The notes under the pieces are model-generated. The model ran no database searches. It saw only the letters and a list, made by a program, of their open reading frames with translations, and was not told the origin of the DNA. A stretch of 64,000 nucleotides of DNA from Gammaproteobacteria bacterium (lineage in GTDB: Bacteria > Pseudomonadota > Gammaproteobacteria > CBDBNL01 > JAAOII01): contig OZ242372.1 in NCBI GenBank assembly GCA_965209035.1, positions 128,001 to 192,000 of the forward strand, given 5' to 3'. The position numbers and the translations under genes are program-made. How positions within the stretch are numbered: position 1 is the stretch's first letter; every line of letters begins with the position of its first letter. Of the stretch, positions 10,294 through 20,716 are shown in pieces.

Positions 10294-10785
10294 TTATTCC
10301 TCTTTTTCCTCCGTTTCGGAAAAGATGAAAAGATTCCGCAGTTCGGGCAGCAACTCAACAATCATGTATTTCAAGAAGGGGCGCATATAAACATCCTTAT
10401 CCACCACAGCACCGTTCCATATCAATATATCCATATCTATGCAACGCGGCGCGTCCGAGGAGTTCGGCTCTCTGCCCAGTTGTCGTTCAATGTCTTTGAG
10501 TTGCGTGCGTAATTCCGGCCAAGAACAGGATGTTTCCAGCAGGCAAGCACAATTTACAAAGTCCGGCTGCGAATCGGGAACATCCATCGCCGGCGTTGTG
10601 TGGGATTTTGACCATTTGACAATCGAGTAGTTTGCTTCAAGCAGTTCCTTAACCTTGCCAATATGATGCTCCGGTCGGATGTTGGAGCCAATACCGACCA
10701 GGACCCGATTGGGCCTCTTTTCTTTTGTTGTTTTAGTTTCTTTATTTGTTTGTTCCATTTTTTCAGTTTTTATTTTTCCAGACAT
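10294..10785 (-). CDS. folK: 2-amino-4-hydroxy-6-hydroxymethyldihydropteridine diphosphokinase
   Basis: GIGSNI, QPDFVN, IERQLGR…PRCIDMDIL. Confidence 0.92.
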   Translation of the reverse strand: MSGKIKTEKMEQTNKETKTTKEKRPNRVLVGIGSNIRPEHHIGKVKELLEANYSIVKWSKSHTTPAMDVPDSQPDFVNCACLLETSCSWPELRTQLKDIERQLGREPNSSDAPRCIDMDILIWNGAVVDKDVYMRPFLKYMIVELLPELRNLFIFSETEEKEE

Positions 10786-11156
10786 AATTCTATCGCCACC
10801 GTATCACTAAAACGCAAGGCACCGGGTTTCTCGGCACGCACCCTAACCCGCATCGCCTTGTCTTCACCGAGAACAATATCCGCAATTCCCATTGCCATTT
10901 TTTCCAACAACCCAAAACGCCCTTGTTCCACATGCGCGATGATCCTCTTGTTAAGAATTTTGTAATTCAATGTATCTTCAATCCGATCGGTTTCGCAAGC
11001 ACGCAAAGTTTCCGCGGCGCAGTCGATCCGGACAGTGATGTTCACATCCTGTTTGTTTTTCTGTTCCCAGTCATAAATGCCCACATAGGTGCGGAGACGC
11101 AGATTCTTGATCTCAATTTGCATTGTTGGCGTTGTTGGCACCGTTTGCTTTTTCAT
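10770..11156 (-). CDS. folB: Dihydroneopterin aldolase/epimerase (FolB/FolX family)
   Basis: IKNLRLRTYVGIYDWE…LNY…LLEKMA…KPGALRF; adjacent to folK. FolX cannot be excluded. Confidence 0.8.
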   Translation of the reverse strand: MKKQTVPTTPTMQIEIKNLRLRTYVGIYDWEQKNKQDVNITVRIDCAAETLRACETDRIEDTLNYKILNKRIIAHVEQGRFGLLEKMAMGIADIVLGEDKAMRVRVRAEKPGALRFSDTVAIELCLEK

Positions 11157-11209
11157 ATCCTCTTATTAATGTAATGTAAATGTACTGTTTTACAATCCGT
11201 TTATTCTCA

Positions 11210-11399
11210 TTATAAGAACTTTATTCTATCCCTTTGCAAAATTGTATGATCCCACCCAGTTCCGGACTTTTGTTGTTTTTGCAAGAACCGGATTGGGCCG
11301 GATTGGGATAGTTGTTTGAGAGCATAATGAGGACGTTCGCGATGATACCAAGCCAACCATTCGATGAGTTTGGCGTTGTGTCAATGCCGACGTGCAAAT
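11210..11399. repeat. Left copy of the 190-bp direct repeat flanking the IS1634-family element
   Basis: Matches 13386-13575 (ttataagaac…cgtgcaaat). Confidence 0.95.
11243..11399 (-). pseudogene. IS481-family right-end remnant, internally deleted (duplicated at 13419-13584)
   Basis: TGTATGATCCCACCC… matches the reverse complement of about 14820-14947, then joins a patch matching about 14494-14522. Confidence 0.85.
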
Positions 11400-13385
11400 C
11401 TTGACTTCGGAAAGAAATTATTATATTTTTAAAAAACCTTGTATTTTCAAGGTTTTTTTAGGATCTTTAATAGTGTATAATTAAAAGCATAATATGTATA
11501 TTCGCGAATTCACTCGAAAAAACGGGCAGGTTCTGTCCGTGGTTTTTTCTTTTTATCGGTCCAAGCACAAGCAGCCGAACAATATGACTCTGTATACCAG
11601 CCAACCGGTGGAAGCCGACAGTGCGGAATATGCGGTGGTGCGGGCCGAGATGGAGCAACGCTGCCGCCGCTTGGAGAAGGAATTAAGACAAAGCACCTCA
11701 CTGAATGCGTTTTTAACAAAACATCAAAAGGTGGTGGGCTGTGGTCGTGGCCATGCTATCCGGCGCAACGACCGGGTGGATGACGATGGACCGGGGGCAC
11801 TTTCGGCCTTAAGAACTTTAGGTGCGCGCAGTTACGGTCTGCCCTATGTCATGGAGAAATTATTTGCGTCCATGGGCTTGGATACGTTGGTGGCACCGCG
11901 GCGCCAACGGCTGAATGCCTGTTTGCGGGTGCTCAGTTGGGGGCGGCTGACGGCCGAGCGGATTAGTAAACGGCAATTGTCGCAGCTGTTGGAAGAAGAA
12001 TATGGGATCCACTGGTCTGAGGACAGCATGTACAAAGCGATGGATCATTTGGATGATGCCGAGATTGAGCGCATTCAGATGCGGGTGGCACGTTCCAATT
12101 TGGCATTACTTAACCAAAAGACGGTGCAGCTGTTGCTGTATGACACGACGACCTTTTATTTTGAATCGGTGCAGGCGGATGACTTCCGCTGCAGAGGTTG
12201 GTCCAAAGACGGCAAAGCCCATCGGACGCAGGTGGTCTTTGGGATGTGGATGACGCCTTGTGGCTTGCCGTTGGGCTACAAACTATTTACCGGTAAGACC
12301 GCGGATGTGTCGACCTTGTTGCCGGCTTTGGACGAGATGCAGCGGCGGCTGGGGGCCCAAAAGACGGTGGTGATTGCTGACAACGGCCTCCTCAGTGAAG
12401 ACAACTTGGCGGCGATTACGGCGGCCGGGCATGCGTTTGTCATGGCCTGTTCGCCACGCAAGTTACCCAAAGAGATCCGCACGGCGGTCTACAACTATGA
12501 TTTTGAAGGCGGGGCCCGCATCTTTGAGATCGGCTTGCTACCACCCGCGCGCACCCAACTTGCCGACAACGACCGCCCTCTGGTGGCACGCAATTATTAT
12601 GCCAACTTCTCCTCCAAGCGCGCCCGCCGCGATCTCCATCAGCTGCATCTGGCCTTGAAGCGGGCCAAAAACAGTACCGGCCGCAACCACCAAGCTCTGC
12701 GGGGGATTGCCTGTCCCGATATCCGTAAGTTCTTATCCAACAACGGCATCACCACACTGAACCCCACAGCCATCAACCGGGCGATGCAAGAAATCGGTCT
12801 CTATGGCGTGCAGGCCTCGCCCAATATTGACTACCAAACCGCCTACACTTACTACAAACAACTGTATGCCATTGAACACGGCTTCCGGGATCTTAAAAGT
12901 GATCTGCAAATCCGCCCGACCTTCCATTGGAAACCCGAGCGCATCCGCGCCCATTTCGCCCTCTGCTATCTGGCGTTTGCCGCCATCCGCCGCTTGCGGT
13001 ATGTCCTCCGCCAACAAAAGCCCGCACCCACCACCGTGTGGACCACCGAAATGCTGCCGTTCACCGATCTAGATGCCCGACCGCAGCCGCCGCAAAAAAA
13101 CAAGACCGAGGAAATCGTCACCACCAAGAAGATCCTCAAAGAACTGCGCAACTTCAAAGCAACTATCCAACGCAATCCCGTTGGCAACTATTACAGCAGC
13201 CCACACCAACTCACCCCGGGACAGCAACGCATTTTACAAGCCGTTCAACTAAAACCCAAACAACCTGCTCTGTTGGATCACAAACACTAAGCGCAAGAAG
13301 CAAAGTCGCAAGGGCTCATAGTGTATAAAAACGGCCCGCAAACCCTTATAAAAACAGGGTTTTTTAAGAAGTTTCCGAAGTCAAG
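11400..13385 (+). mobile_element. IS1634-family insertion sequence (1986 bp)
   Basis: Terminal inverted repeats CTTGACTTCGGAAA (11400) and TTTCCGAAGTCAAG (ends 13385); flanked by 190-bp direct repeats. Confidence 0.9.
11494..13290 (+). CDS. IS1634-family DDE transposase
   Basis: YDTTTFYFE, GWSKDGK, VIADNG, IEHGFRDLKSDLQIRPTFHW…IRAHFALCYLA. Confidence 0.92.
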   Translation: MYIREFTRKNGQVLSVVFSFYRSKHKQPNNMTLYTSQPVEADSAEYAVVRAEMEQRCRRLEKELRQSTSLNAFLTKHQKVVGCGRGHAIRRNDRVDDDGPGALSALRTLGARSYGLPYVMEKLFASMGLDTLVAPRRQRLNACLRVLSWGRLTAERISKRQLSQLLEEEYGIHWSEDSMYKAMDHLDDAEIERIQMRVARSNLALLNQKTVQLLLYDTTTFYFESVQADDFRCRGWSKDGKAHRTQVVFGMWMTPCGLPLGYKLFTGKTADVSTLLPALDEMQRRLGAQKTVVIADNGLLSEDNLAAITAAGHAFVMACSPRKLPKEIRTAVYNYDFEGGARIFEIGLLPPARTQLADNDRPLVARNYYANFSSKRARRDLHQLHLALKRAKNSTGRNHQALRGIACPDIRKFLSNNGITTLNPTAINRAMQEIGLYGVQASPNIDYQTAYTYYKQLYAIEHGFRDLKSDLQIRPTFHWKPERIRAHFALCYLAFAAIRRLRYVLRQQKPAPTTVWTTEMLPFTDLDARPQPPQKNKTEEIVTTKKILKELRNFKATIQRNPVGNYYSSPHQLTPGQQRILQAVQLKPKQPALLDHKH

Positions 13386-13575
13386 TTATAAGAACTTTAT
13401 TCTATCCCTTTGCAAAATTGTATGATCCCACCCAGTTCCGGACTTTTGTTGTTTTTGCAAGAACCGGATTGGGCCGGATTGGGATAGTTGTTTGAGAGCA
13501 TAATGAGGACGTTCGCGATGATACCAAGCCAACCATTCGATGAGTTTGGCGTTGTGTCAATGCCGACGTGCAAAT
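13386..13575. repeat. Right copy of the 190-bp direct repeat
   Basis: Matches 11210-11399. Confidence 0.95.
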
Positions 13576-13643
13576 AAATGCGCCTATTCAGATGCTTACC
13601 CGATCAATAAGATCTATTTTAGGATTTATATTGACAGGATGAT

Positions 13644-14947
13644 TGCATGATCTCATAAAGGTTCTGGACTCTGAGTTTGGTATTGTGCGTCCTCAGATCA
13701 AGCAGCCGGATGTTCTGTCGGACGGGTCGAAAATAGATCCGGCAACGGGTCTCCGGTATGTGGAGCTAGATGAATGAAACGGGCAAGAAAGATGGATAGC
13801 TGTTTTGCTCTCACCGCCGCAGACAGCGGAGGCTTGTTGTTGATAAAACTGTCTAGGTGTATCCGCTGGCAAGACGGTACGGTGTGCGAGAGCGGCTGCA
13901 CCGCGGAGGTGATTTGAAATGAGAGGAACACGTTTACACTACATTGGTTATCGCGTGCGCGGTTTCAATAAAATGGTGGTTTTAGCAAACAAATATTCAA
14001 ACATGTCTAAAACCACCAAAATCAAACTGGACACCTTAGCGTTCGCGCGCAAACATGGTGTCGCGGCCGCGTTGGATCATGCCAGGATCAGTCGTGCTAC
14101 ATTCTACGAGTGGCAGCGGCGTTTCCGTGAAGGCGGGGTCGATGAACTGGCGAACAACTATGGGTATCAGCCCAAGCGGTCCAACACCTGGCCACCGGCA
14201 CTGATTACCAAGATCCGATCTTGGCGACAAGAGCGTCCGAACATCGGTGCCGGTAAACTGGTCTGCTTGTTACCCGAATGGTGTCAGCAGCGCGGGCTGC
14301 CGCTGCCCAGCCAATCAACGCTCTCTCGCATCATTGCCGATGACCCGGATAAGATGCGGTGCAAACCATCGCGGTCCGTGCCGAAACGCCTGCGGCAAGG
14401 TGCTCCGCGCGAGCGCAAGGACATCCGCTTTGTTGCGGGCCGGAGAGGTGAATGTGTTGCCTTTGATACGCTCGTCCGCATCGTCGATGGCCGGCGCTTT
14501 TATTGGCATGTCGGCATTGATCTATTTTCCCGCTTCTCACTGGTCAGTGTCGACACCTCGGCTGCTTCGGCCAGTTCCGCCCAGCTCTTTACCGCCATGC
14601 AAAACATACTCGGCACTCGGATCGAAAAAGTCCTCACCGATAATGGCAGTGAGTTCGCCAAAGACTTTCACCGGGTCGTGACCGCAAACGGCAGCACCCA
14701 CTGGTATACCTATCCAAGGAAACCGCAAATGAATGCACACTGCGAACGGTTTAATCGCACTCTCTGGGAAGAGTTCGGTTGTCATATGCGGCATCTCTTG
14801 GTTAAGGATATGCCAGCATTCAACGCCAAACTCATCGAGTGGTTGGCTTGGTATAATCTGGAACGTCCCCATTATGCTCTCAAACAACTCTCGCCAATCC
14901 AGTTTTTGCAAAAACAAAAAAAGTCCAGAAATGGGTGGGATCATACA
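13644..14947 (+). mobile_element. IS481-family insertion sequence (~1304 bp)
   Basis: IRL TGCATGATCTCATAAAGGTTCTGGAC; IRR (reverse complement) TGTATGATCCCACCCATTTCTGGAC; ATGAT duplicated on both flanks. Confidence 0.85.
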
Positions 14948-14983
14948 ATGATTAACAAAAGATTCTCAATTCCCGTAAGATAG
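13919..14983 (+). CDS. IS481-family transposase (HTH + rve integrase core)
   Basis: ISRATFYEW HTH; AFDT…IDLFSR…LTDNGSEF…PQMNAHCERFNRTL…YNLERPH. Confidence 0.9.
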   Translation: MRGTRLHYIGYRVRGFNKMVVLANKYSNMSKTTKIKLDTLAFARKHGVAAALDHARISRATFYEWQRRFREGGVDELANNYGYQPKRSNTWPPALITKIRSWRQERPNIGAGKLVCLLPEWCQQRGLPLPSQSTLSRIIADDPDKMRCKPSRSVPKRLRQGAPRERKDIRFVAGRRGECVAFDTLVRIVDGRRFYWHVGIDLFSRFSLVSVDTSAASASSAQLFTAMQNILGTRIEKVLTDNGSEFAKDFHRVVTANGSTHWYTYPRKPQMNAHCERFNRTLWEEFGCHMRHLLVKDMPAFNAKLIEWLAWYNLERPHYALKQLSPIQFLQKQKKSRNGWDHTMINKRFSIPVR

Positions 14984-15006
14984 AATTCCTTGATAACTTT
15001 TTTGAT

Positions 15007-15810
15007 ATGATTATGACTCTGTTACTCTTTATTCCGGTGGGGATCTGTATGGGATTAACCGCCGGCTTGTTTGGAATAGGCGGCGGGATGTTCGCCGTTC
15101 CTTTTATGGTCATTATCTTTGAGAATTCCGGCTACTCGGGAACGCCTATTCCTCAGATGGCGGTTGTTACCGCCATGGCAATTACCTCTTGCACCACTTT
15201 AATTTCCGCGCAAACCCATCGCAAATTACATTGGGAAGTCATGCTGCGCAACATCAAGAAAATTGTCGCCGGCTTGATGTTGGGCAGTTTCCTCGGCACC
15301 TTAACTCTGGTTAACATATCGGGCGAACTTGTCAAGATCTTTGTCAGCCTTCTCCTGCTCTGGGTAGGGACTTCGTTTCTGTCGTCTCACGCAAACGACA
15401 GAACTGTGTTCCTGCGGCATATCCCGTTGCCGTTTGGCGGCGTCATCATCGGCACTCTCTCCGCTCTCTTCGGTATAGCCGGCGGATTACTCACCATCCC
15501 GCTGCTCAAAGGGCACGGCCTAAACATTAAACAGGCGGTTGCCGTGGCTTCCGGCACCGGTTTTATTGTATCCTTTACCGCGGTCCTGGCGTCGGCGGCG
15601 ATTTCCGCATGGGACAACCAACCGCCTCTTCAGTATGTGCACCCGCTTGCGTTTTTTACTTTGGCGATTGCCGGCGGCATATTCTCTCACATTTCTTCGC
15701 GTTACCAAAACAAAATAGATCACGACCGGTTAAAGAGATACTTTGCAATTTTTGTCCTGTGCCTATCCGCCTATTTAATGACCGACACCGCGATTGACCT
15801 GTTTGTATGA
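15007..15810 (+). CDS. TSUP/TauE-SafE family membrane transporter
   Basis: GLFGIGGG..VP and ALFGIAGG..IP repeats; about 8 TM segments. Confidence 0.9.
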   Translation: MIMTLLLFIPVGICMGLTAGLFGIGGGMFAVPFMVIIFENSGYSGTPIPQMAVVTAMAITSCTTLISAQTHRKLHWEVMLRNIKKIVAGLMLGSFLGTLTLVNISGELVKIFVSLLLLWVGTSFLSSHANDRTVFLRHIPLPFGGVIIGTLSALFGIAGGLLTIPLLKGHGLNIKQAVAVASGTGFIVSFTAVLASAAISAWDNQPPLQYVHPLAFFTLAIAGGIFSHISSRYQNKIDHDRLKRYFAIFVLCLSAYLMTDTAIDLFV

Positions 15811-16727
15811 TCGCACTTGAGGCGGGAGATGCGCTGGCACAGATCTCGCCAAAATTGGGTGGCTCCATATTAAGTTACCAAACAAAAAAGGGGGATGCGG
15901 TTTGCGATTGGTTGCGCTCTAATCCCGATGCCCGCCATCCGACGGAGGCGGCCTGTTTTGTGATGGCACCCTATTGCAGCAGAATCTGTGACGGGAAATT
16001 TTCCTATGCGGGAAAGAGCTATCGGGTGCGTCTTTCAAGCCGCCTGCCAAAAACAGATACCGACTTGGATGCAATACACCGGGTGCATGCGTTGCACGGA
16101 TCCGCATGGATTAATGCATGGGATCTGACCGCACGTGAAAAGAATTCTTGTTCTTTGGTTTATGAAGAAAAGCCGAACCCCGAGATACCGTTTGTTTTTA
16201 GGATATCTCAAAATATTCTGTTAACCGAAGAATACCTGTCCGTGGAACTTACTTTGACCAATTTGGGGGATGACAACATGCCGTTTGGTCTCGGGCTGCA
16301 TCCCTACTTCCCCATTGTCGGTGATACAAAAATTCGGGCACGCGTTCATAAGATGTGGCGGACAAAAAACTATATGCCCGCCGCATTGGTTAAAAATGCC
16401 TATTGTCATCAATTGGAATTGGAAAGCGGCCTGTCTCCCGCTCGTACGCGATTGGATCATACTTTTACCGGCTGGGACGGAACTGCAATGATTTCAAACC
16501 AAAACGGAATTCTCATCATGGAAACGGAGACAGACCTGCCGGAACAACTCTGCATTTTCTCCCCCAATCGCGAGTTCTTTTGTGCGGAACCGGTATCCAA
16601 TCCGGCAAACGGCCTTAACCTGTTACACAGAAAAGACACCGAAAACGGGATTCGTATTCTGGAACCGCGGGCAACAAGGCGAATGAAGGTTCGTTTCAAA
16701 CCGCAATCGTCCGCTCAAAAAGATTGA
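15807..16727 (+). CDS. Aldose 1-epimerase family protein
   Basis: HALHG, PFGLGLHPYF, FFCAEP motifs. Confidence 0.9.
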   Translation: MIALEAGDALAQISPKLGGSILSYQTKKGDAVCDWLRSNPDARHPTEAACFVMAPYCSRICDGKFSYAGKSYRVRLSSRLPKTDTDLDAIHRVHALHGSAWINAWDLTAREKNSCSLVYEEKPNPEIPFVFRISQNILLTEEYLSVELTLTNLGDDNMPFGLGLHPYFPIVGDTKIRARVHKMWRTKNYMPAALVKNAYCHQLELESGLSPARTRLDHTFTGWDGTAMISNQNGILIMETETDLPEQLCIFSPNREFFCAEPVSNPANGLNLLHRKDTENGIRILEPRATRRMKVRFKPQSSAQKD

Positions 16728-16783
16728 CCCGCACCGAAATTCCCATATAATGTTATTTAACTTATGGTTTTGAAACATATCAC

Positions 16784-17833
16784 ATGAGCGGCGGGAATGC
16801 CGCCATAGCGGCGGCGACAGATGTGTTGGAATTTTCTTTGGCACCTGCGGATTGTAACAGGCTGTTATCTCTGTGCGGCGAATGCAACAATAATCTTGTG
16901 TACATGGAAAAGCATCTGGGTGTCAGAATACAGCACCGGGGGCATACTTTCCGAATATTGGGAGACAAGACCCCCGCAAAAAAGACCGCGCAACTTCTGC
17001 AAAATCTTTACGGGCTTACGAAAAGTAAATCTTACTTGGAACCGGAAGACATTCATCTCAATTTGCAAAAAAGTTCACTCCAAGATTTTGAGAACGACGG
17101 AGCATCCCGGCATTCCAAGCGTATGGAAGATCCGGATAATGCGCGGCGATTCGGTATTAGAACACCCGGCGTAACCATAGAACCCCGAAGCGACAATCAA
17201 ATCGGGTACATTTCCAATCTGCGTAAAAATGCCGTTCAGTTTGCAACGGGACCGGCCGGCACCGGAAAGACTTTTCTGGCGGTGGCATGCGCCTTGGAAA
17301 GTTTACAGAAAGGCGACATAACACATATTTGTCTGGTGCGCCCCGCGGTGGGAGCCGGCGAAACACTCGGTTACTTACCGGGAACGTTGGTTGAAAAGAT
17401 TGATCCCTATTTGCGTCCTTTATACGATGCACTGCAAGAAATGCTCGGCACCGAAAAATTAAACAGCTATATGGAAAAAAATGTGATAGAGGTTGGAGCA
17501 TTGGCATATATGCGTGGTCGCACCCTGAATCATTGCTTTGCCATCCTGGACGAAGGGCAAAATTGTTCGCCCGAACAAATAAAGATGTTTTTGACCCGAC
17601 TGGGGTTTAACTCCAAAGCGGTCATCACCGGCGATTTGACGCAGATCGATCTGCAGCCGCCCGGTTCTTCCGGTTTGGCACCCGCAATCCGTCTTTTGGA
17701 AGGACTGCAAGACATTGGTGTCGCTCGGCTGGATTGCAAGGACATCTTCCGGCACCCGGTTGTGAGTAGAATTATTGAGGCCTATGATGCGGCGGGCAAA
17801 AGAAAATCCGAAAATGAATCCGATCAAAATTAA
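16784..17833 (+). CDS. ybeZ: PhoH-like ATPase
   Basis: GPAGTGKT, RPAV…LGYLPG, YMRGRTL, LDEGQN; ybeY-corC-lnt context. Confidence 0.93.
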   Translation: MSGGNAAIAAATDVLEFSLAPADCNRLLSLCGECNNNLVYMEKHLGVRIQHRGHTFRILGDKTPAKKTAQLLQNLYGLTKSKSYLEPEDIHLNLQKSSLQDFENDGASRHSKRMEDPDNARRFGIRTPGVTIEPRSDNQIGYISNLRKNAVQFATGPAGTGKTFLAVACALESLQKGDITHICLVRPAVGAGETLGYLPGTLVEKIDPYLRPLYDALQEMLGTEKLNSYMEKNVIEVGALAYMRGRTLNHCFAILDEGQNCSPEQIKMFLTRLGFNSKAVITGDLTQIDLQPPGSSGLAPAIRLLEGLQDIGVARLDCKDIFRHPVVSRIIEAYDAAGKRKSENESDQN

Positions 17834-18293
17834 AGTTTCTCTGGAGAAATTCGGAGAAAAATTTAATCGCCCTCACAAAAGCGAATTTATGAAGTGGACC
17901 CAAGCCTGCCTGGAATATGTTCGCGACCGGGATCTGCCGCAAAGTCAAAACATTAAGGGTCGCGAAATACTGAACTTGAATGTGAGACTGGTTACGGAAG
18001 AGGAAATGCGTCAATTAAGTGCCAAGTATCGTCATAAGAGCGACCTTGCCACTGTCCTCAGTTTTCCTTGCGAAGACAGCATTGCGCTCAGGTTACCCGA
18101 TTTGGGTGATATTGTGATGTGCGGTAAAGCAATCGCCCTGGAAGCCGGGGCCTATCGGACGGATGTGAATCTCCATTGGGCTCATCTTTTTATCCATTCC
18201 GTTCTGCATATTCTCGGATTTGAACACAGCGATGCAATGCGGGCGGCGGAAAACGATATCATGTGCTCATGCGATCTGCCTCCCGTTCACTAA
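17814..18293 (+). CDS. ybeY: rRNA maturation endoribonuclease YbeY
   Basis: VLSFP, LGDIV, HSVLHILGFEH (H3xH5xH). Confidence 0.92.
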   Translation: MNPIKIKVSLEKFGEKFNRPHKSEFMKWTQACLEYVRDRDLPQSQNIKGREILNLNVRLVTEEEMRQLSAKYRHKSDLATVLSFPCEDSIALRLPDLGDIVMCGKAIALEAGAYRTDVNLHWAHLFIHSVLHILGFEHSDAMRAAENDIMCSCDLPPVH

Positions 18294-18314
18294 CATCATT
18301 CTTTTACCCCGTCC

Positions 18315-19172
18315 TTGAATTTAATGAAATTCTTAAATTTTCGCTCTCTTTTTGTTCTGCTTGTTTTCAAACTGGCAAGTTTGATAAAAGACAGCGACAA
18401 AATAGCGATTCTTATCCGACACATCATTCGTCTCGGCCTCCTTGAGAAAACTCAAGCGGGGATTATTGAAGGAACCCTCAAAATATCGGAAATGCAGGTT
18501 CGGGAAATTATGATTCCGCGGGCAAAAATGACGGTGGTGCCGCAGAAAGCATCGCTCAAAAAAATATTGCCGGAATTGATTAAATCCGCACATTCTCGTT
18601 TTCCGGTGGTCAACAAAGAAGATAAAGTAGTCGGGATGCTTTTGGCAAAAGACCTTTTGCCCCTATTGCAAGAAAAAGAAATCTCCTTTACGCCGAATAA
18701 AATAATGCGGCCGGCGATTTTTATTCCCGAGAGCAAGCGTCTTAATGTCCTCTTGGAAGAGTTTCGTTCCCAACGCAGCCACATGGCCATTGTCTTGGAC
18801 GAACATGAACTAACCGCGGGCCTTGTCACCATTGAAGATGTTTTGGAAGAAATTGTGGGGCAGATAGAAGACGAACACGATCGATATAATTTTTCCGGAA
18901 CACCTATCACGCAAATTCCTTTTAACCAAAACAGTTACAAAGTAAAGGCCGACACTCCCCTTTCGGATTTTAATGCCTATTTTGCCACCTCACTGAAACA
19001 TCATTCTCTGGAAACAATCGGCGGGTTGGTTCTGGATGAATTAAAGAAAGCGCCAAAACGCGAAGACAGCGTATCTGTCGGCAACATGACATGCACCATA
19101 GCCAAGATGAATGAGCGCCGGATTGAAGAACTGATCGTAAAAAAAAATAAGACGCCGCAAAAGAAAAAATGA
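18315..19172 (+). CDS. corC: CBS-domain Mg/Co transport protein CorC
   Basis: VREIMIPR, HSRFPV, GLVTIEDVLEEIVGQIEDEHD. Confidence 0.92.
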   Translation: MNLMKFLNFRSLFVLLVFKLASLIKDSDKIAILIRHIIRLGLLEKTQAGIIEGTLKISEMQVREIMIPRAKMTVVPQKASLKKILPELIKSAHSRFPVVNKEDKVVGMLLAKDLLPLLQEKEISFTPNKIMRPAIFIPESKRLNVLLEEFRSQRSHMAIVLDEHELTAGLVTIEDVLEEIVGQIEDEHDRYNFSGTPITQIPFNQNSYKVKADTPLSDFNAYFATSLKHHSLETIGGLVLDELKKAPKREDSVSVGNMTCTIAKMNERRIEELIVKKNKTPQKKK

Positions 19173-20716
19173 TCTTCCTGCGTCTGATCTGCGCGCTGAT
19201 AGCGGGCATTCTTTTTGTGCCGGGTTATGCCCCGTTTAACCTCTGGTTTCTGTCGTTTTTAAGCGTTCTTCTTTTTTTGTTTCTTCTTAATAAACAAAAC
19301 ACTCTTAACGGCTTTCTCATCGGCTGGATCTTCGGGCTTGGCATGATGGGGACCGGTGTTTCCTGGATATACCACAGTATGCGCATTTACGGAGAGTTTA
19401 GTTTGGAGTTGGCGGGAGCCATCACCTGGCTCTTCTGCATTGTGATGGCGTTTTTTTACGCTCTGGTTGGGGGTGTCTTTTGTTTCTTGACACACCAACA
19501 ACGCAGTATATTTAGAAAGTTTAGGATCCCCAACCTTACAAAAATTCTGTTATTTTCGTCCTTGTGGACTCTGTCGGAATTATTGCGCTCACATATTTCG
19601 GTCGGTTTTCCGTGGCTGTTGTTCGGTGATGCTTTCATAAACACCTATCTTGCCCACTTGGCACCTGTGGGAGGCGTTTTCTTTGTCAGTTTCCTCGGGG
19701 TATTCACAGTCGCCACGCTGTTTTATTTGTTGTGTTTGATTCCCGTGCTCTATGTCCGGCGGAACCGACGGCGTTGCTTGTTTATTCTGTTTCTTTTGGT
19801 GATTCCTTGGGCTACGGGCATCGGATTACAAAATTACGAATGGACCAAAACAAGCGGGAGAAATATTCCGGTTGTCCTAGTACAAGCAAACATCCCCCAG
19901 GATGCAAAATGGCAAAAAAATAAAAGAACAAAAATCGCCGAACAATACCAACGAATGAGCCTTGGGCATACGGATAAAAGTCTTCTTGTATGGCCCGAGG
20001 CGGCCGTTCCCTACATTTATCCCGAAGGTGCGGACTATTACGACAAATTGGATCCTATTTTGCGAAACACAAATACCGCGTTAGTTTTTGGTTCCCTGCA
20101 CCGCGCGCAAAACGGAGACATCTACAACGGTTTGTTCACGGCGGGTGCGGGCAGTTCCGGCATCACCCCTGTGTACTACAAGCATCTTTTGGTTCCCATG
20201 GGAGAGTATATCCCGCTGGAGTCTTTTCTAAAACGATGGATCCCGTTCCTTGACATGGGAACATACCGGGTCACATCGGGCAGTGCCGACCAGGGAGCAT
20301 TTATGCTGGGAGATTGGAAAATTGCCCCGTCCATTTGCTATGAGATCACAAATCCGCAAATCATCGCCCGTAATGCCGCAGACAGTAACTTCTTGCTGAC
20401 AGTGTCCAATGACAGTTGGTTTGCCGACTCGCTTGGTCCGCATCAACATATGCATATTGCGCGCATGCGCGCGCTGGAAAATCAACGATACTTGATTCGC
20501 TCCACAAATAACGGTATCACCGCGATTACGGATCATCGCGGCAAGTTCGTCGCCAAGATCCCGCAATTTCAAGAGAATATCCTGACGGCAGACATCGTTC
20601 CCCGTTCGGGAACCACTCCGTATCAAACCGTCGGCAATCTTCCTGTGGTGTCTCTGTCTCTGATTTTATTTTTGTTCGGTATTTATACTCACCGAAGAGC
20701 GCTGAAAAAGATTTGA
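19169..20716 (+). CDS. lnt: Apolipoprotein N-acyltransferase
   Basis: GFPW, WPE, KHLLVPMGEYIP, ICYE, SNDSWF. Confidence 0.96.
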   Translation: MIFLRLICALIAGILFVPGYAPFNLWFLSFLSVLLFLFLLNKQNTLNGFLIGWIFGLGMMGTGVSWIYHSMRIYGEFSLELAGAITWLFCIVMAFFYALVGGVFCFLTHQQRSIFRKFRIPNLTKILLFSSLWTLSELLRSHISVGFPWLLFGDAFINTYLAHLAPVGGVFFVSFLGVFTVATLFYLLCLIPVLYVRRNRRRCLFILFLLVIPWATGIGLQNYEWTKTSGRNIPVVLVQANIPQDAKWQKNKRTKIAEQYQRMSLGHTDKSLLVWPEAAVPYIYPEGADYYDKLDPILRNTNTALVFGSLHRAQNGDIYNGLFTAGAGSSGITPVYYKHLLVPMGEYIPLESFLKRWIPFLDMGTYRVTSGSADQGAFMLGDWKIAPSICYEITNPQIIARNAADSNFLLTVSNDSWFADSLGPHQHMHIARMRALENQRYLIRSTNNGITAITDHRGKFVAKIPQFQENILTADIVPRSGTTPYQTVGNLPVVSLSLILFLFGIYTHRRALKKI

